In this document: positions 19,055 through 27,988 of the stretch, piece after piece
How positions within the stretch are numbered: the first letter of the stretch is position 1
Layout: the number at the start of each line of letters is the position of its first letter
Sequence record: LR745208.1
Strand: one strand, 5' to 3'
DNA: 64,000 nt
Position numbers and translations under genes: made by a program
The notes under the pieces: generated by a model
The model's database searches: none
The model's input: only the letters and a program-made list of their open reading frames with translations
Told to the model about the DNA's origin: nothing

Positions 19055-19570
19055 CTACTGTGGAGAGGGGATAGGGAAATCAGGGCCCTTCCTGATCCCA
19101 ACCAATAGAGGCTCCAAATCTGGGTGGGCTTGTCTCTGACATTCCTCCGCAAGGTAGGGGTACTTCTCGGCGATTGCCTCAAATATCCTGCCCCGAATCT
19201 CACGGTTGGCTGGCATCATTGACGCCCACCTTCCCGACATTTCCATTAAGGAATCCGTCGTACTTGGTCATACGATGTCGAATGAAGTTCACCTGAATCC
19301 GTTCCAGAAAAGCAGGATCACCACTCAATTTCGCAGGTTGCCAATCATAATTGGCTCGTTCCATGGCCCGGTCTTGGTGAAAGCTATTGTAGCTCTGAAT
19401 GGCCCTCCGAAGCAATTGATCCCGAGTCACCTCCCCCACTCGGATCACAACCACTTGTCTGGCTCCCCCAAGAACTTGATTACCAAAGACTTGGTCCAGC
19501 CCCGCTCAACCAACGAGGAAAAGGTGATGTGAGGCTCTCTGGGAGGCGGGGGCTCCCTACTCTTCTTCAT
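19055..19570 (-). pseudogene. fragmented conserved phage protein (three frames)
   Basis: ERGWTKSLVIKFLGEPDK (frame 1), LLRRAIQSYN...DPAFLERIQVNFIRHRMTKYD...GKVG (frame 2) and EIRGRIFEAIAEKYPYLAEECQRQ (frame 3) look like collinear parts of one protein; breaks at about 19455 and 19210. Confidence 0.55.
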
Positions 19571-19901
19571 CCCCATCTTCCCCGTCCCCATCTTCGTCAA
19601 AACAGGTAAACTTGGACAGGATCTCATCCTGAACCAATCCTGCCAGCCCAGCAACAGGCCCGGTGACACTAATCATGTGACAATCAGCATCAACCTCAAT
19701 CCCAGGACACTCAACCGCGACTGCGGCTACCCGCCTCAACAACTTGGCCGTCCCCTCCAACATCTCCGCATGAGCCAGAAATGCCTCGGAGGGTGTTGTG
19801 GTAATGGTGAGGAAAAAGCCCAAGTCATCCCCCTGCTTGAAGTAGGGGAGCTGAAGCTCATAGGTCTCAATTGTCTTGGGTGGCTTGATCTTGGTTGTCA
19901 T
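19557..19901 (-). CDS. hypothetical protein
   Basis: 114 aa, GGAGG-like SD, acidic C-terminus. Confidence 0.6.
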   Translation of the reverse strand: MTTKIKPPKTIETYELQLPYFKQGDDLGFFLTITTTPSEAFLAHAEMLEGTAKLLRRVAAVAVECPGIEVDADCHMISVTGPVAGLAGLVQDEILSKFTCFDEDGDGEDGDEEE

Positions 19902-19926
19902 GGGGAGGTTACGCCATTTGATCGAG

Positions 19927-20528
19927 TTACCTGACCCAAACTACAAAAGGCGCCCGGACCTGTAGCATAAGGCGAACCTTGGTTCGCCCCCCCACGACTG
20001 GGGCACGAGTTAAGTATTCCCCCCTGGTAGGTACTGGAATTGTAGTCTCCCACCGTCCATCCTTGGTCCGGTACCAACCGAGTGGCCTTTCAATTGCCTC
20101 GTTCCGCCGCTCAATTGAAGTCACCACAAAGGCGCTAGCCAGAATGCCTTCCGCAGTGTGTCCTCGATGGTAACTGGTCATGCCAGGATCCGGCACATCC
20201 TGCCAAATCTGCATGTCCCCAGTGTAGTTTTTGCCCAAATAGGCACACCTCCATTCCCCATTGGGTCTACCGTCCCCGCCCCACAACAAATCACGGAGCA
20301 CCCATCTTGACCGCTTCGCTGCAACTCCTCCCGCCATTGCACAACCCGTTCCCTTCGGGCCGGAGCGAATGACCACAGGGTGAATCCATATTGTTCAATG
20401 TCCCTACGTTTCCGCTCAACTATCCCATCCAGTGTCTCACCAGCATGGGGCCCAACAGGAGACCAGAAACAGATGGCCCCCCCATTGGAAAGTGGCTTTG
20501 CAGCAGGAATCAAAAGGGAGTGGGTCAT
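19927..20528 (-). pseudogene. hypothetical gene with a single frameshift at an A5 run (20228-20232)
   Basis: Starts MTHSLL with an ATGA overlap on the 1229-aa gene. ...GGVPIWAK continues as NYTGDMQIWQD only in the -1 frame. Confidence 0.55.
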
Positions 20529-23500
20529 GAAAACAAATCCAGGACCGAAGAGTCCGGGTCCTCCTGGAGAGTTACACTCTTGGGCACATCCTTGACCTTT
20601 GGGGCCCCATTCTGGCACCCATCACAATATCGGCGGGTGTTGTTCTCGGAATCGTCCCGATAGGTACTGCCACAGCCCCTACATGCCTTGCTCCTGGCCT
20701 TGTCTCGACAGGTGGGGCACCGATTCACCATCTCCCCCTCACCCAGGACAAACCCCTCCTTACACAGAATGCAGGTTCGATTCCCCGTTGTTCGGTCCGC
20801 CCGAAAGTATGACTCATCCTTGGCCTTCCCTGACCGAAACATCTTCTCCCGCCTGCCACACTCTGGAGTACAGAACTTAGAGCAATTCTTGGAGCTGAGG
20901 TCAATGAAATCCTTCCCACAATTCCGGTAGGCACACTGCTTGGTCTTCTGTTGGATTTCCTTCACCTGCTTACATGTAGGGCACTTCGTGAACCTTCCCG
21001 GCGCCTCCGTCTCCCACGGCTTATGGCAGGTCAAGCAAACAAACGTACGCGCCTGACTAACAGGTGTGATCACCCGAACAGCATCCCTCTTCTGCTTGGC
21101 CCTCTCCGCATCCACCCGAAGCTTGCAGATCCTACAACGCCTTCCCTCACGGTCGGGACCCTCTAGAGCTAGGCCACAATCCATGCAGTGGGGTCCAGCA
21201 AGCCTGCAGGGGGCACAATATCCGCCTACCAAGTCACCAGATGGTATGGAACCCCCACACTTTTGACATCTGGATATGACCGGGACAAGTATCCCTTCAG
21301 GGACTCCCCCCTCGGATGGTACCAGCTCTGATGGTACAGGTGGGGCGGGCATGGTGTGTCCCACAGTGGGGATTCCAGTATTGACCCCGGCCCCAATGGA
21401 TACCCAACACAACACCAATTCATGATTGTCTGGTTGGGTAGGAGTTGGCATTGCATATTTAAGGATCTCTCTGGGGTTCCCCAACCCAGCTTGAGCAACC
21501 AGTCGTTTTGTGTCCTCAATGAGAGGGTACTGGACTTTCTCAATAAAGAAGTCGTCCACATTCAACACCAACCAGCCCCCCTGTTTGAGGCCATAAACTG
21601 CCTTCTGAATTACCGGACCCCAGAACCCCTTGAGCCACTTCTCATAGGTAGGGTATCGGACACTGGACTGGGTAGGCTCCGTCCCATAGACTTCCCGGCA
21701 CCAATATGGTGGGGATGTTAGGACCATATCCAAGCTCTGTGGAGTCACATCAAAATCCTCAGCGGGTAGATTGTGGAGTTCCACCTGTGCCCCAATCCCA
21801 TAGGAATTGACCCAGTCCCGTAAATGGTGAAGTCTGGTAAATGTTTCCGACTGTGGCTCACAGGCAATGTATTTGGGCATTGACTTGGACATCGTGGACC
21901 CAAGCAATCTCCCCCCATACCCTGCGCAGGGGTCCCATAAGGTTCCCCCTGGAGGGCAGAACCGATCTACTAGCACCTTTGCTGCTGAGGGACGGAAGTT
22001 ATACACCCCAGATCGCCAATAGAATCTCAGCCTTCCCCTAAGGTTAGCAGCGGTGGGCATGTCCCCCGAGGACAAAATCGAGGCTAATACCTTTCGAAGC
22101 ATACCCTCATCCTGAAACAGGTCCCAAGGACTCATTGTGGAGCCATACGACCGTGCCTTCCAAATATGAGTGGAGAATGCCTGACAGGATGCCTGCCCCA
22201 CTTGTCTTCTCTTTAGACAACCATCCTGAAGGATATGCCTCTCCTCCAAATCCCGGAGAATGTGGAGTTCCTCAGGCCTCGCAACATGATACGGGAATCC
22301 CTGTTTTCTCCAATGGGATTCCAACTCGACAAGCAGCCCTGCCTGATCCGTTTCAGATAGGGATTTCCACATCTGGCACCTATCTTTAACAGCATCCCAG
22401 AAAGATAACTTTTCCGGGGCTCCTTTATCCACTTGTGGAAGCATCCCCATGGGATGATGGTGTCCGGGGAGCTTGTGAAGCATATCCGGAGTCACAAACT
22501 CTCTCACCAACGCAAAGAACTTGTCGGCGGTTGCCGCCCGGATTGTAAGTTGTGGGCAAGAGGAGTCGATGCTACTTGGTTTCAAGTAGGTGTCCAGCCC
22601 AAACCTCTCCCCCACCCACCGCACCACATCCTCAGCTTGGTCCTTGGAGATATCCCCCAGAGCAAATGATGGGTTGTCTCCCAGGTGCCCATCGTCAAAG
22701 TACCAGTAAGCCAGAGATCTAGGTGTCAAAGACCGGATTACATGCTCAGGAAACACCTTCACCCCATCGGGGTAGAACAACTCCCGCATCTCCTTCAGCC
22801 AAACATGTTGAACCGTTAGAAACCCAAACGTAAAGGCTAGGGTACCATTGGGCATCTTCTTTTCCCCGTAGAAGAGGGGAAGGGCGTGGGGGGTCAAAAT
22901 GCTGTGGATCCTCCTAAGGTAGGTGAGCTGGTAATGAGTATGGGTGAGCCTACACTTGCCCCTCTCAGTCACATGAGCATCCCCAAGTAATGTGCCAATT
23001 AGAGTCTCCTTCTGCTCCTCGGTCCACTCCGTATGCTTCGTTGCTCGATCTGACTTCGAGATTGACCTGATTCCCCACCCCAATCTTCGATTGCGTATTG
23101 TTGGTTTCGTCACCCCATACAGTTTTGCAATGGTCCGGTCACCTGCCTGTTGGTATAAGTCTGCCAGGATTACCGGAGTCAACTCCTCTACGGGAAGGCA
23201 CCCAACGGGGGCACCCACCCGATGATGAGCAGACGGAATCCCCCACTTCTTTCGGTGGTAGGCAATTGCCACCCCACTCACCCCATAGAGTGCCCCAATC
23301 TCAATATCCGTTTTGGTGGCATACAAATCCCGGAGAGTTTCTTCAGTTAATCCTCGCCGGGCAGGTGCCCCGTGATTTGTGGGGGATACCTTTGTGACCA
23401 CCCCATACAAACGCTGTGCCTCTATTTGAGTGATAGGGCTGGCGACCACAGATGTGTCTGGCATTCTCCCCAACATACAGGAGGGTACAGCGTTTTGTAA

Positions 23501-24214
23501 TGTGCCTAGGAAATGGTTGGCTTGCTCCGGAAATTGAATGTGTGCCCCACTTGAGTTCTCCTGAAACTGTGGGTACAACCCAAGCTTATGACAAGCCTGA
23601 CTCAACACGTTCATTGTGGACTGATCGGGGCTTTTGTCAACGGAAATTCTCGGATCCCCTGTTAATGTGATGCCTCCCCTATCCAAGAACCACACGGCCA
23701 GAGACATTGGGTCCAACTCCAAGGAGGGAGGCACTACCAATACCCCCGCTGGGTAGAACTGATCGTAGTAGGGTCTCAACTGTGGGCAACCCCGTGTCGC
23801 CATCTGAAAACTACAATATAACCTGCCATTTTTCTTTGACCTGACTTCGTGAACCTCTTGCTTCACATATGGCCCCAGCATTTCCGCCTTCCACCGAATA
23901 TAACCCTCTTCGTTAATGGGATGACGCACCACCAACTTCGCCCCCCCACCCAGGGGGGTCATGTACCCATTTCCGAGCAGGCACCCGATCAATATGCCGT
24001 GTTGCTCAGGGGTTATCGGAGGCAGAACCCCCCCTGCTCGCTCTGCCCTTGTCAAAGTTGGGATTCCCCACCTCTTTCGCAGTTTCCCTACCTGGGGCTG
24101 AGTAAGCCCATACCGATTGGCAATGGCCACCTCGGAAAGACCCTGTGTCACATAGAGATCGGATAGGACATCCGCACTGAGTTGGAGAGGTTGGGGAAGT
24201 GATTCGGTAGTCAT
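20525..24214 (-). CDS. HTH x3 + LAGLIDADG x2 + amino-methyltransferase (SPPY, likely m4C) + Cys-rich Zn-finger fusion
   Basis: LIGCLLGNG/SLAVWFLDRG; LIGTLLGDA/SLAYWYFDDG; WDPCAGYGG (motif I); LTSPPYW (motif IV); more than eight CxxC pairs at the C-terminus. Confidence 0.8.
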   Translation of the reverse strand: MTTESLPQPLQLSADVLSDLYVTQGLSEVAIANRYGLTQPQVGKLRKRWGIPTLTRAERAGGVLPPITPEQHGILIGCLLGNGYMTPLGGGAKLVVRHPINEEGYIRWKAEMLGPYVKQEVHEVRSKKNGRLYCSFQMATRGCPQLRPYYDQFYPAGVLVVPPSLELDPMSLAVWFLDRGGITLTGDPRISVDKSPDQSTMNVLSQACHKLGLYPQFQENSSGAHIQFPEQANHFLGTLQNAVPSCMLGRMPDTSVVASPITQIEAQRLYGVVTKVSPTNHGAPARRGLTEETLRDLYATKTDIEIGALYGVSGVAIAYHRKKWGIPSAHHRVGAPVGCLPVEELTPVILADLYQQAGDRTIAKLYGVTKPTIRNRRLGWGIRSISKSDRATKHTEWTEEQKETLIGTLLGDAHVTERGKCRLTHTHYQLTYLRRIHSILTPHALPLFYGEKKMPNGTLAFTFGFLTVQHVWLKEMRELFYPDGVKVFPEHVIRSLTPRSLAYWYFDDGHLGDNPSFALGDISKDQAEDVVRWVGERFGLDTYLKPSSIDSSCPQLTIRAATADKFFALVREFVTPDMLHKLPGHHHPMGMLPQVDKGAPEKLSFWDAVKDRCQMWKSLSETDQAGLLVELESHWRKQGFPYHVARPEELHILRDLEERHILQDGCLKRRQVGQASCQAFSTHIWKARSYGSTMSPWDLFQDEGMLRKVLASILSSGDMPTAANLRGRLRFYWRSGVYNFRPSAAKVLVDRFCPPGGTLWDPCAGYGGRLLGSTMSKSMPKYIACEPQSETFTRLHHLRDWVNSYGIGAQVELHNLPAEDFDVTPQSLDMVLTSPPYWCREVYGTEPTQSSVRYPTYEKWLKGFWGPVIQKAVYGLKQGGWLVLNVDDFFIEKVQYPLIEDTKRLVAQAGLGNPREILKYAMPTPTQPDNHELVLCWVSIGAGVNTGIPTVGHTMPAPPVPSELVPSEGGVPEGILVPVISRCQKCGGSIPSGDLVGGYCAPCRLAGPHCMDCGLALEGPDREGRRCRICKLRVDAERAKQKRDAVRVITPVSQARTFVCLTCHKPWETEAPGRFTKCPTCKQVKEIQQKTKQCAYRNCGKDFIDLSSKNCSKFCTPECGRREKMFRSGKAKDESYFRADRTTGNRTCILCKEGFVLGEGEMVNRCPTCRDKARSKACRGCGSTYRDDSENNTRRYCDGCQNGAPKVKDVPKSVTLQEDPDSSVLDLFS

Positions 24215-24344
24215 ATATCATGTTACCCACAAACTGTGCACGACTGGCACAAATCGACAGGGAACCTACGATTTATACCCCAAGGGTGTATGACTGGATT
24301 TAGGCCCCAGCCCACCGAAGGCCAAGGAACAATAGGAAAGAGAT

Positions 24345-24412
24345 AAATGAGCGAAGGGCTCGAATCTCTTTCGAGACCCAAGCCCCTCAACTGGTTGAAA
24401 CCGTTGCAGTTT
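24345..24412 (-). terminator. hairpins downstream of the major capsid gene (probable terminator)
   Basis: GAAAC-N7-GTTTC and GGGCT...TCTC-GAAA-GAGA...AGCCC, followed by a T/C-rich run. Confidence 0.5.
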
Positions 24413-24417
24413 CTAGA

Positions 24418-25293
24418 TCAGCGAGTGATCGTGAGGCGGGTCAGACCACGGGGGTTGTAAGCTCCGATACCTAGGTTTTCAAACACCGAGAATCCGATGG
24501 TGCGTGCCTTGGGATCGTCTGCTGACAAAACTGTCAATTCCGTGCGTACGGGAATACGTCCAAACATTTCGGGCTCACAGGTACAATAGATTGTACCTGC
24601 TGGCACGAGACGTGAGGTGATGACCTGAGCGCCCCAGAGTGTCGCCTGGAGACCAGTCTTGAGCAGGGTTGCCTGAGACTCGATATCCAGAATGTCGCGG
24701 CCGAACTTACGGACGTCCGCGTAGTCACGCGCGTTCATGAACACGCGGGCAACCCGAAGGTCGTGGCGTTCAATGAGCGAGAATGCGTCGGCGAGGACCG
24801 CACCATTGACTGGTGCAACCACGGGCACGTCAGGGTTCGTCCCGCCAGGAAGCGAGTCGAAGCCGTTGACTGCAATGGCGTCCATGACTGCGAAGACGCG
24901 TTCGTCTTCTGCGGCCTGGATCATCGCGCGGGCCAGATCCTGGGCGCGCTCGATCAGATCGAAACGACGCTCCTTGATCTGGGTCAGAGGAATCTCGGGG
25001 TTCGATGCAATCTCGAACAGCGGGAAGATTACCCTGCGTGGCTTGGTGATTGCGAGAATGTTCTCACCCTCTTCACCGACCACGTATGCGGTCACATCCG
25101 GGTCCTTGTCATAGATGGGCAGTGCCCCATCTGGCAGTTGCTCCACGAGGAAGGTCTTGCGACCAACGCTCATGTAGTCACGGCGTGTGCGGAGGGGCTG
25201 CGTCATCGACGCGGCGAGCTTGTTACGGCCAGCGGCGGTCTTGATGTAGTCCGAAATGATCTTCTGCTTGAGTGCGTTGTCTACGGTTGTCAT
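24418..25293 (-). CDS. major capsid protein, HK97/encapsulin-like fold
   Basis: 291 aa with highly biased codons; E-loop-like VVGEEGE...RRVIFPLFEIASNPEIPL; spine helix DLIERAQDLARAMIQAAEDERVF; A-domain RVFMNARDY...LWGAQVITSRLVP; located downstream of the protease and scaffold. Confidence 0.85.
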   Translation of the reverse strand: MTTVDNALKQKIISDYIKTAAGRNKLAASMTQPLRTRRDYMSVGRKTFLVEQLPDGALPIYDKDPDVTAYVVGEEGENILAITKPRRVIFPLFEIASNPEIPLTQIKERRFDLIERAQDLARAMIQAAEDERVFAVMDAIAVNGFDSLPGGTNPDVPVVAPVNGAVLADAFSLIERHDLRVARVFMNARDYADVRKFGRDILDIESQATLLKTGLQATLWGAQVITSRLVPAGTIYCTCEPEMFGRIPVRTELTVLSADDPKARTIGFSVFENLGIGAYNPRGLTRLTITR

Positions 25294-25304
25294 TGGAGTT
25301 CTCC

Positions 25305-25991
25305 TCAGATCCTCTGGTCAAAGACGATTTCAGACATCGCCGAATCAGGTGCGACCTTGAGGATACCAATGGTCGTTGCCGCAACGGCACCGGCATTGAT
25401 GCTCTCTAGCGTGTTGAAACCACCGCCGACGTCGACGATGATCCAAGCTGCGCCGTTCCACACGTACGTTGGCATGAGCCAGCCGTTTTGTGATGCTGCG
25501 AGCTTCAGACCCGCGAGGTATGTGAGTGCGGTACCCGCCGCAACACCACCCGTGGTGACGAGGAGCTGGGTCTCATAGAGACGGCTGCCGTACGTGCCCA
25601 TGGCGCTGACATAGGGACCCTTGCCAGACGCCGCCGCTGGAAGGTTCTCGTAAGCATTGCCCGAGGCGTTGTTGATGAACATACCCACTGGGAGGATATG
25701 GGTCGCAGCTACTGGAGCTACGAGACCTGCCGCAAGGTGCGGTCCGCCAACGGAGTTGTTACCTGCGTCTGGGCGCGCAAACGCCACAGAGCCAGAGAGC
25801 ACACCGAGAACTTCGGTAAGTGCGCCGGGCGAGGTAGATACTGTTCCGACTGTCGATACGATTGGCGGATTGGTCTGCGTGAAAGCATCGGCCGAGAGAA
25901 CGCTGATGGTGTTACGAACACCAACATGCAGAATCCTCAGTGCCGAAGAACTCTCCGTAAAACCACCGCTCGCCTGTCCAAGCAAAGCCAT
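25305..25991 (-). CDS. capsid decoration/cement protein
   Basis: Lies immediately upstream of the MCP; Gly/Ala-rich beta protein (PVGMFINNA...GKGPYV...IGILKVAP); AGGAG SD. Confidence 0.65.
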   Translation of the reverse strand: MALLGQASGGFTESSSALRILHVGVRNTISVLSADAFTQTNPPIVSTVGTVSTSPGALTEVLGVLSGSVAFARPDAGNNSVGGPHLAAGLVAPVAATHILPVGMFINNASGNAYENLPAAASGKGPYVSAMGTYGSRLYETQLLVTTGGVAAGTALTYLAGLKLAASQNGWLMPTYVWNGAAWIIVDVGGGFNTLESINAGAVAATTIGILKVAPDSAMSEIVFDQRI

Positions 25992-26105
25992 TTGAAGGCT
26001 CCTGTCTTTGCTCCCTGTTTTCAGGGGAGGGTCTGGTCATACATCCCTGTCTCTAGTCAGCACCATGCTGAAGTCCAGACAGGAATTGGGAATCTTGGTT
26101 CCCTA
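25992..26105 (-). promoter_or_regulatory. structured leader with an alternative anti-SD pairing
   Basis: mRNA UCCUGUCU (26077-26084) can pair with AGACAGG at 26046-26052 or with AGACAGGA overlapping the SD (26000-26007); further hairpins at 26011-26029 and 26088-26103. Confidence 0.45.
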
Positions 26106-26170
26106 ACTAAGACGGTGGGTATTGGAAAGAAAACGGTGAGAAAAGAAAATGGGGTGTCGATTTGCTGGAC

Positions 26171-26575
26171 CTAGCCCTGTGCTTTGACCCACTTGTCCAA
26201 CTTAGCCAACCCATCCTGTGGGTCCTTGAACTTGGTTTTGCGCATCTTCTCGGTCTTGTGGCTTGTCACAATCTGTAGGGTCATGTCACTGAAGTGAAAT
26301 ATGAACTTTGCATGCTTGGAGTTTTCCAGGATTCCATTGGCCCATGAGTCCCTGGGCTCAAACCCCAGGACCCCAGATACAGAGGGCTGATCGCCAAGCT
26401 TGCTAACCGATGCCTTGACTACTGGTAGCTTGACTTTCGATTCAATCAGGTCCTTGAGAGTTTCTGCATCCTTCTTGATGTCATCCCCTGCTTCCTTGAG
26501 TAGTGGGAGCAACTGGGGCCGGAGAGCCGGGTTCTCATGTGCTAGGCGGATGAGTTTGGAACGCAGGGTGGTCAT
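26171..26575 (-). CDS. putative internal head protein carrying the MTTLRSKLIRLAH leader
   Basis: MTTLRSKLIRLAHENPALRPQLLPLLKEAG. Confidence 0.7.
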   Translation of the reverse strand: MTTLRSKLIRLAHENPALRPQLLPLLKEAGDDIKKDAETLKDLIESKVKLPVVKASVSKLGDQPSVSGVLGFEPRDSWANGILENSKHAKFIFHFSDMTLQIVTSHKTEKMRKTKFKDPQDGLAKLDKWVKAQG

Positions 26576-26705
26576 GTGTGAAAAGCTCCTGAGGGGGAGA
26601 GGCTATAAACCAGATAAAGCTGAAGCCACCCGTGGTTCCCCCCGGATGGCTTCGTAACCTTTCCTACTCAATGGCAGGGAGGCTAGCTACTCTACCGCGC
26701 GTTGA

Positions 26706-27974
26706 TCAGCCGAATGCCTTGGAGATGTCTGGAGCCGATTCCCAGAGCTTCGACAGGTCGCTCACTTCAGACGAGGAGGCAACCTTGGCCACTTGGCCCA
26801 GGGTCTTCACGCCATTCGATGGGCTACGGGGCTGTGGGCGAAGAGCTGATGCCTTCTTGGCTTCCTTGGGCTCCTCTTCCTTGACTTCCTCTTCCTCGTC
26901 TGCCTTCTTCTCTTCCTTCTCGGCCTTTTCAGCCTTCTCGTCATTGATCTTCTGAAGTGCTGGGGGAAGCTCGCCTGCTGCCTTGGAACCGTAGATCGCA
27001 GACATGTCATCGTCCGACATCCCGTCATCCGAGTCCATGAACCCCATTGGGTCCTCCGCGTCGTCCATCAGCACGTCATCGGCAACCACTGGAGCCTCTT
27101 CCTCAGCGAGCATCGATGCAAGCATCGCCTCTTCCTCGGGGTCTAGCTCTCCAGCAAAGTAGCCTGGATCGTTCTGACCGGCCTTCTTCTTGCCCTCTTC
27201 CTTGTCGGCCTCTGGCTCATCGCCATCGGGCTCATCCTCGCCAGCCTTCTTGCCCTCTTCCTTGTCGGCCTCTGGCTTCTCGTCCTTCTTGGCCTCTTCC
27301 TCTTCGGCCTTCTTTGCCCAGAACGCTGCCTGCTTGGCCCAATAGGCTGCCTTCTTGGCTGCCTTGTCGTCTTCCTTGGGCTCTTCAGCCTCTGGCTCCT
27401 CTTCCGACTTCTTGGCCTCCTTCTTGGGCTCCTCAGCCTTTGGCTCTTCCTTGGGCTCCTCTTCCGACTTCTTGGCTTCCTTCTTGGCATCTTCCTTGGG
27501 CTCTTCAGCCTTTGGCTCTTCCTTCTCTTCTGTCTCCGCTAGGCGACGAAGAGCTGCCTGAATCTGGCGATCCGTCAGGTTCATGAGATCAAGTGCCTGA
27601 TCCTCAAGTGCGGTTGGGCTGGCCTTCCTGCCAAGCATTGCGGACGCAATGCGAATGCACTGTGCAGCCTTTGCTTCCAGGGCTGCACGAAGCTGGCGGG
27701 ACGCCTGCTTGCCTGCCCCACCTGGGAAGTAGTGCGCGGGGTCAGTAGCTGGGTGCCCCTGGGGCTCCGAGGTACCTGGAAGGGCTGGAGCCGCCCCATT
27801 TGGGTATGGGCCTGCCTTGGGGTCTTCTGCCCAAGCCGATGTATCACCATTCTCGTAGGCATCCGCCTCGGGATCTGGATACGCAGCTGGGTGAACACTT
27901 GGCTCCTGATAGCCTGGGGTTGCTGGGGGTGCTGATGCACCGCGGGAATTCCATGTGAGTCGGCGTCGAGACAT
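26706..27974 (-). CDS. capsid scaffold protein
   Basis: Very Glu/Lys/Ala-rich, with EEPK and EPEADKEEGKK repeats; lies between the protease and the capsid genes. Confidence 0.75.
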   Translation of the reverse strand: MSRRRLTWNSRGASAPPATPGYQEPSVHPAAYPDPEADAYENGDTSAWAEDPKAGPYPNGAAPALPGTSEPQGHPATDPAHYFPGGAGKQASRQLRAALEAKAAQCIRIASAMLGRKASPTALEDQALDLMNLTDRQIQAALRRLAETEEKEEPKAEEPKEDAKKEAKKSEEEPKEEPKAEEPKKEAKKSEEEPEAEEPKEDDKAAKKAAYWAKQAAFWAKKAEEEEAKKDEKPEADKEEGKKAGEDEPDGDEPEADKEEGKKKAGQNDPGYFAGELDPEEEAMLASMLAEEEAPVVADDVLMDDAEDPMGFMDSDDGMSDDDMSAIYGSKAAGELPPALQKINDEKAEKAEKEEKKADEEEEVKEEEPKEAKKASALRPQPRSPSNGVKTLGQVAKVASSSEVSDLSKLWESAPDISKAFG

Positions 27975-27988
27975 TGCTTTTACTCCGG

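Noticed and set aside
24763-25578. Long antisense ORFs (also 34100..34855, 41682..42524, 9884..10693, 38824..39324)
   Set aside because: They are shadows of strongly codon-biased minus-strand genes and carry no protein motifs.
27190-27530. Tandem DNA repeats in the scaffold gene
   Set aside because: Explained by ordinary Glu/Lys/Pro low-complexity scaffold repeats.
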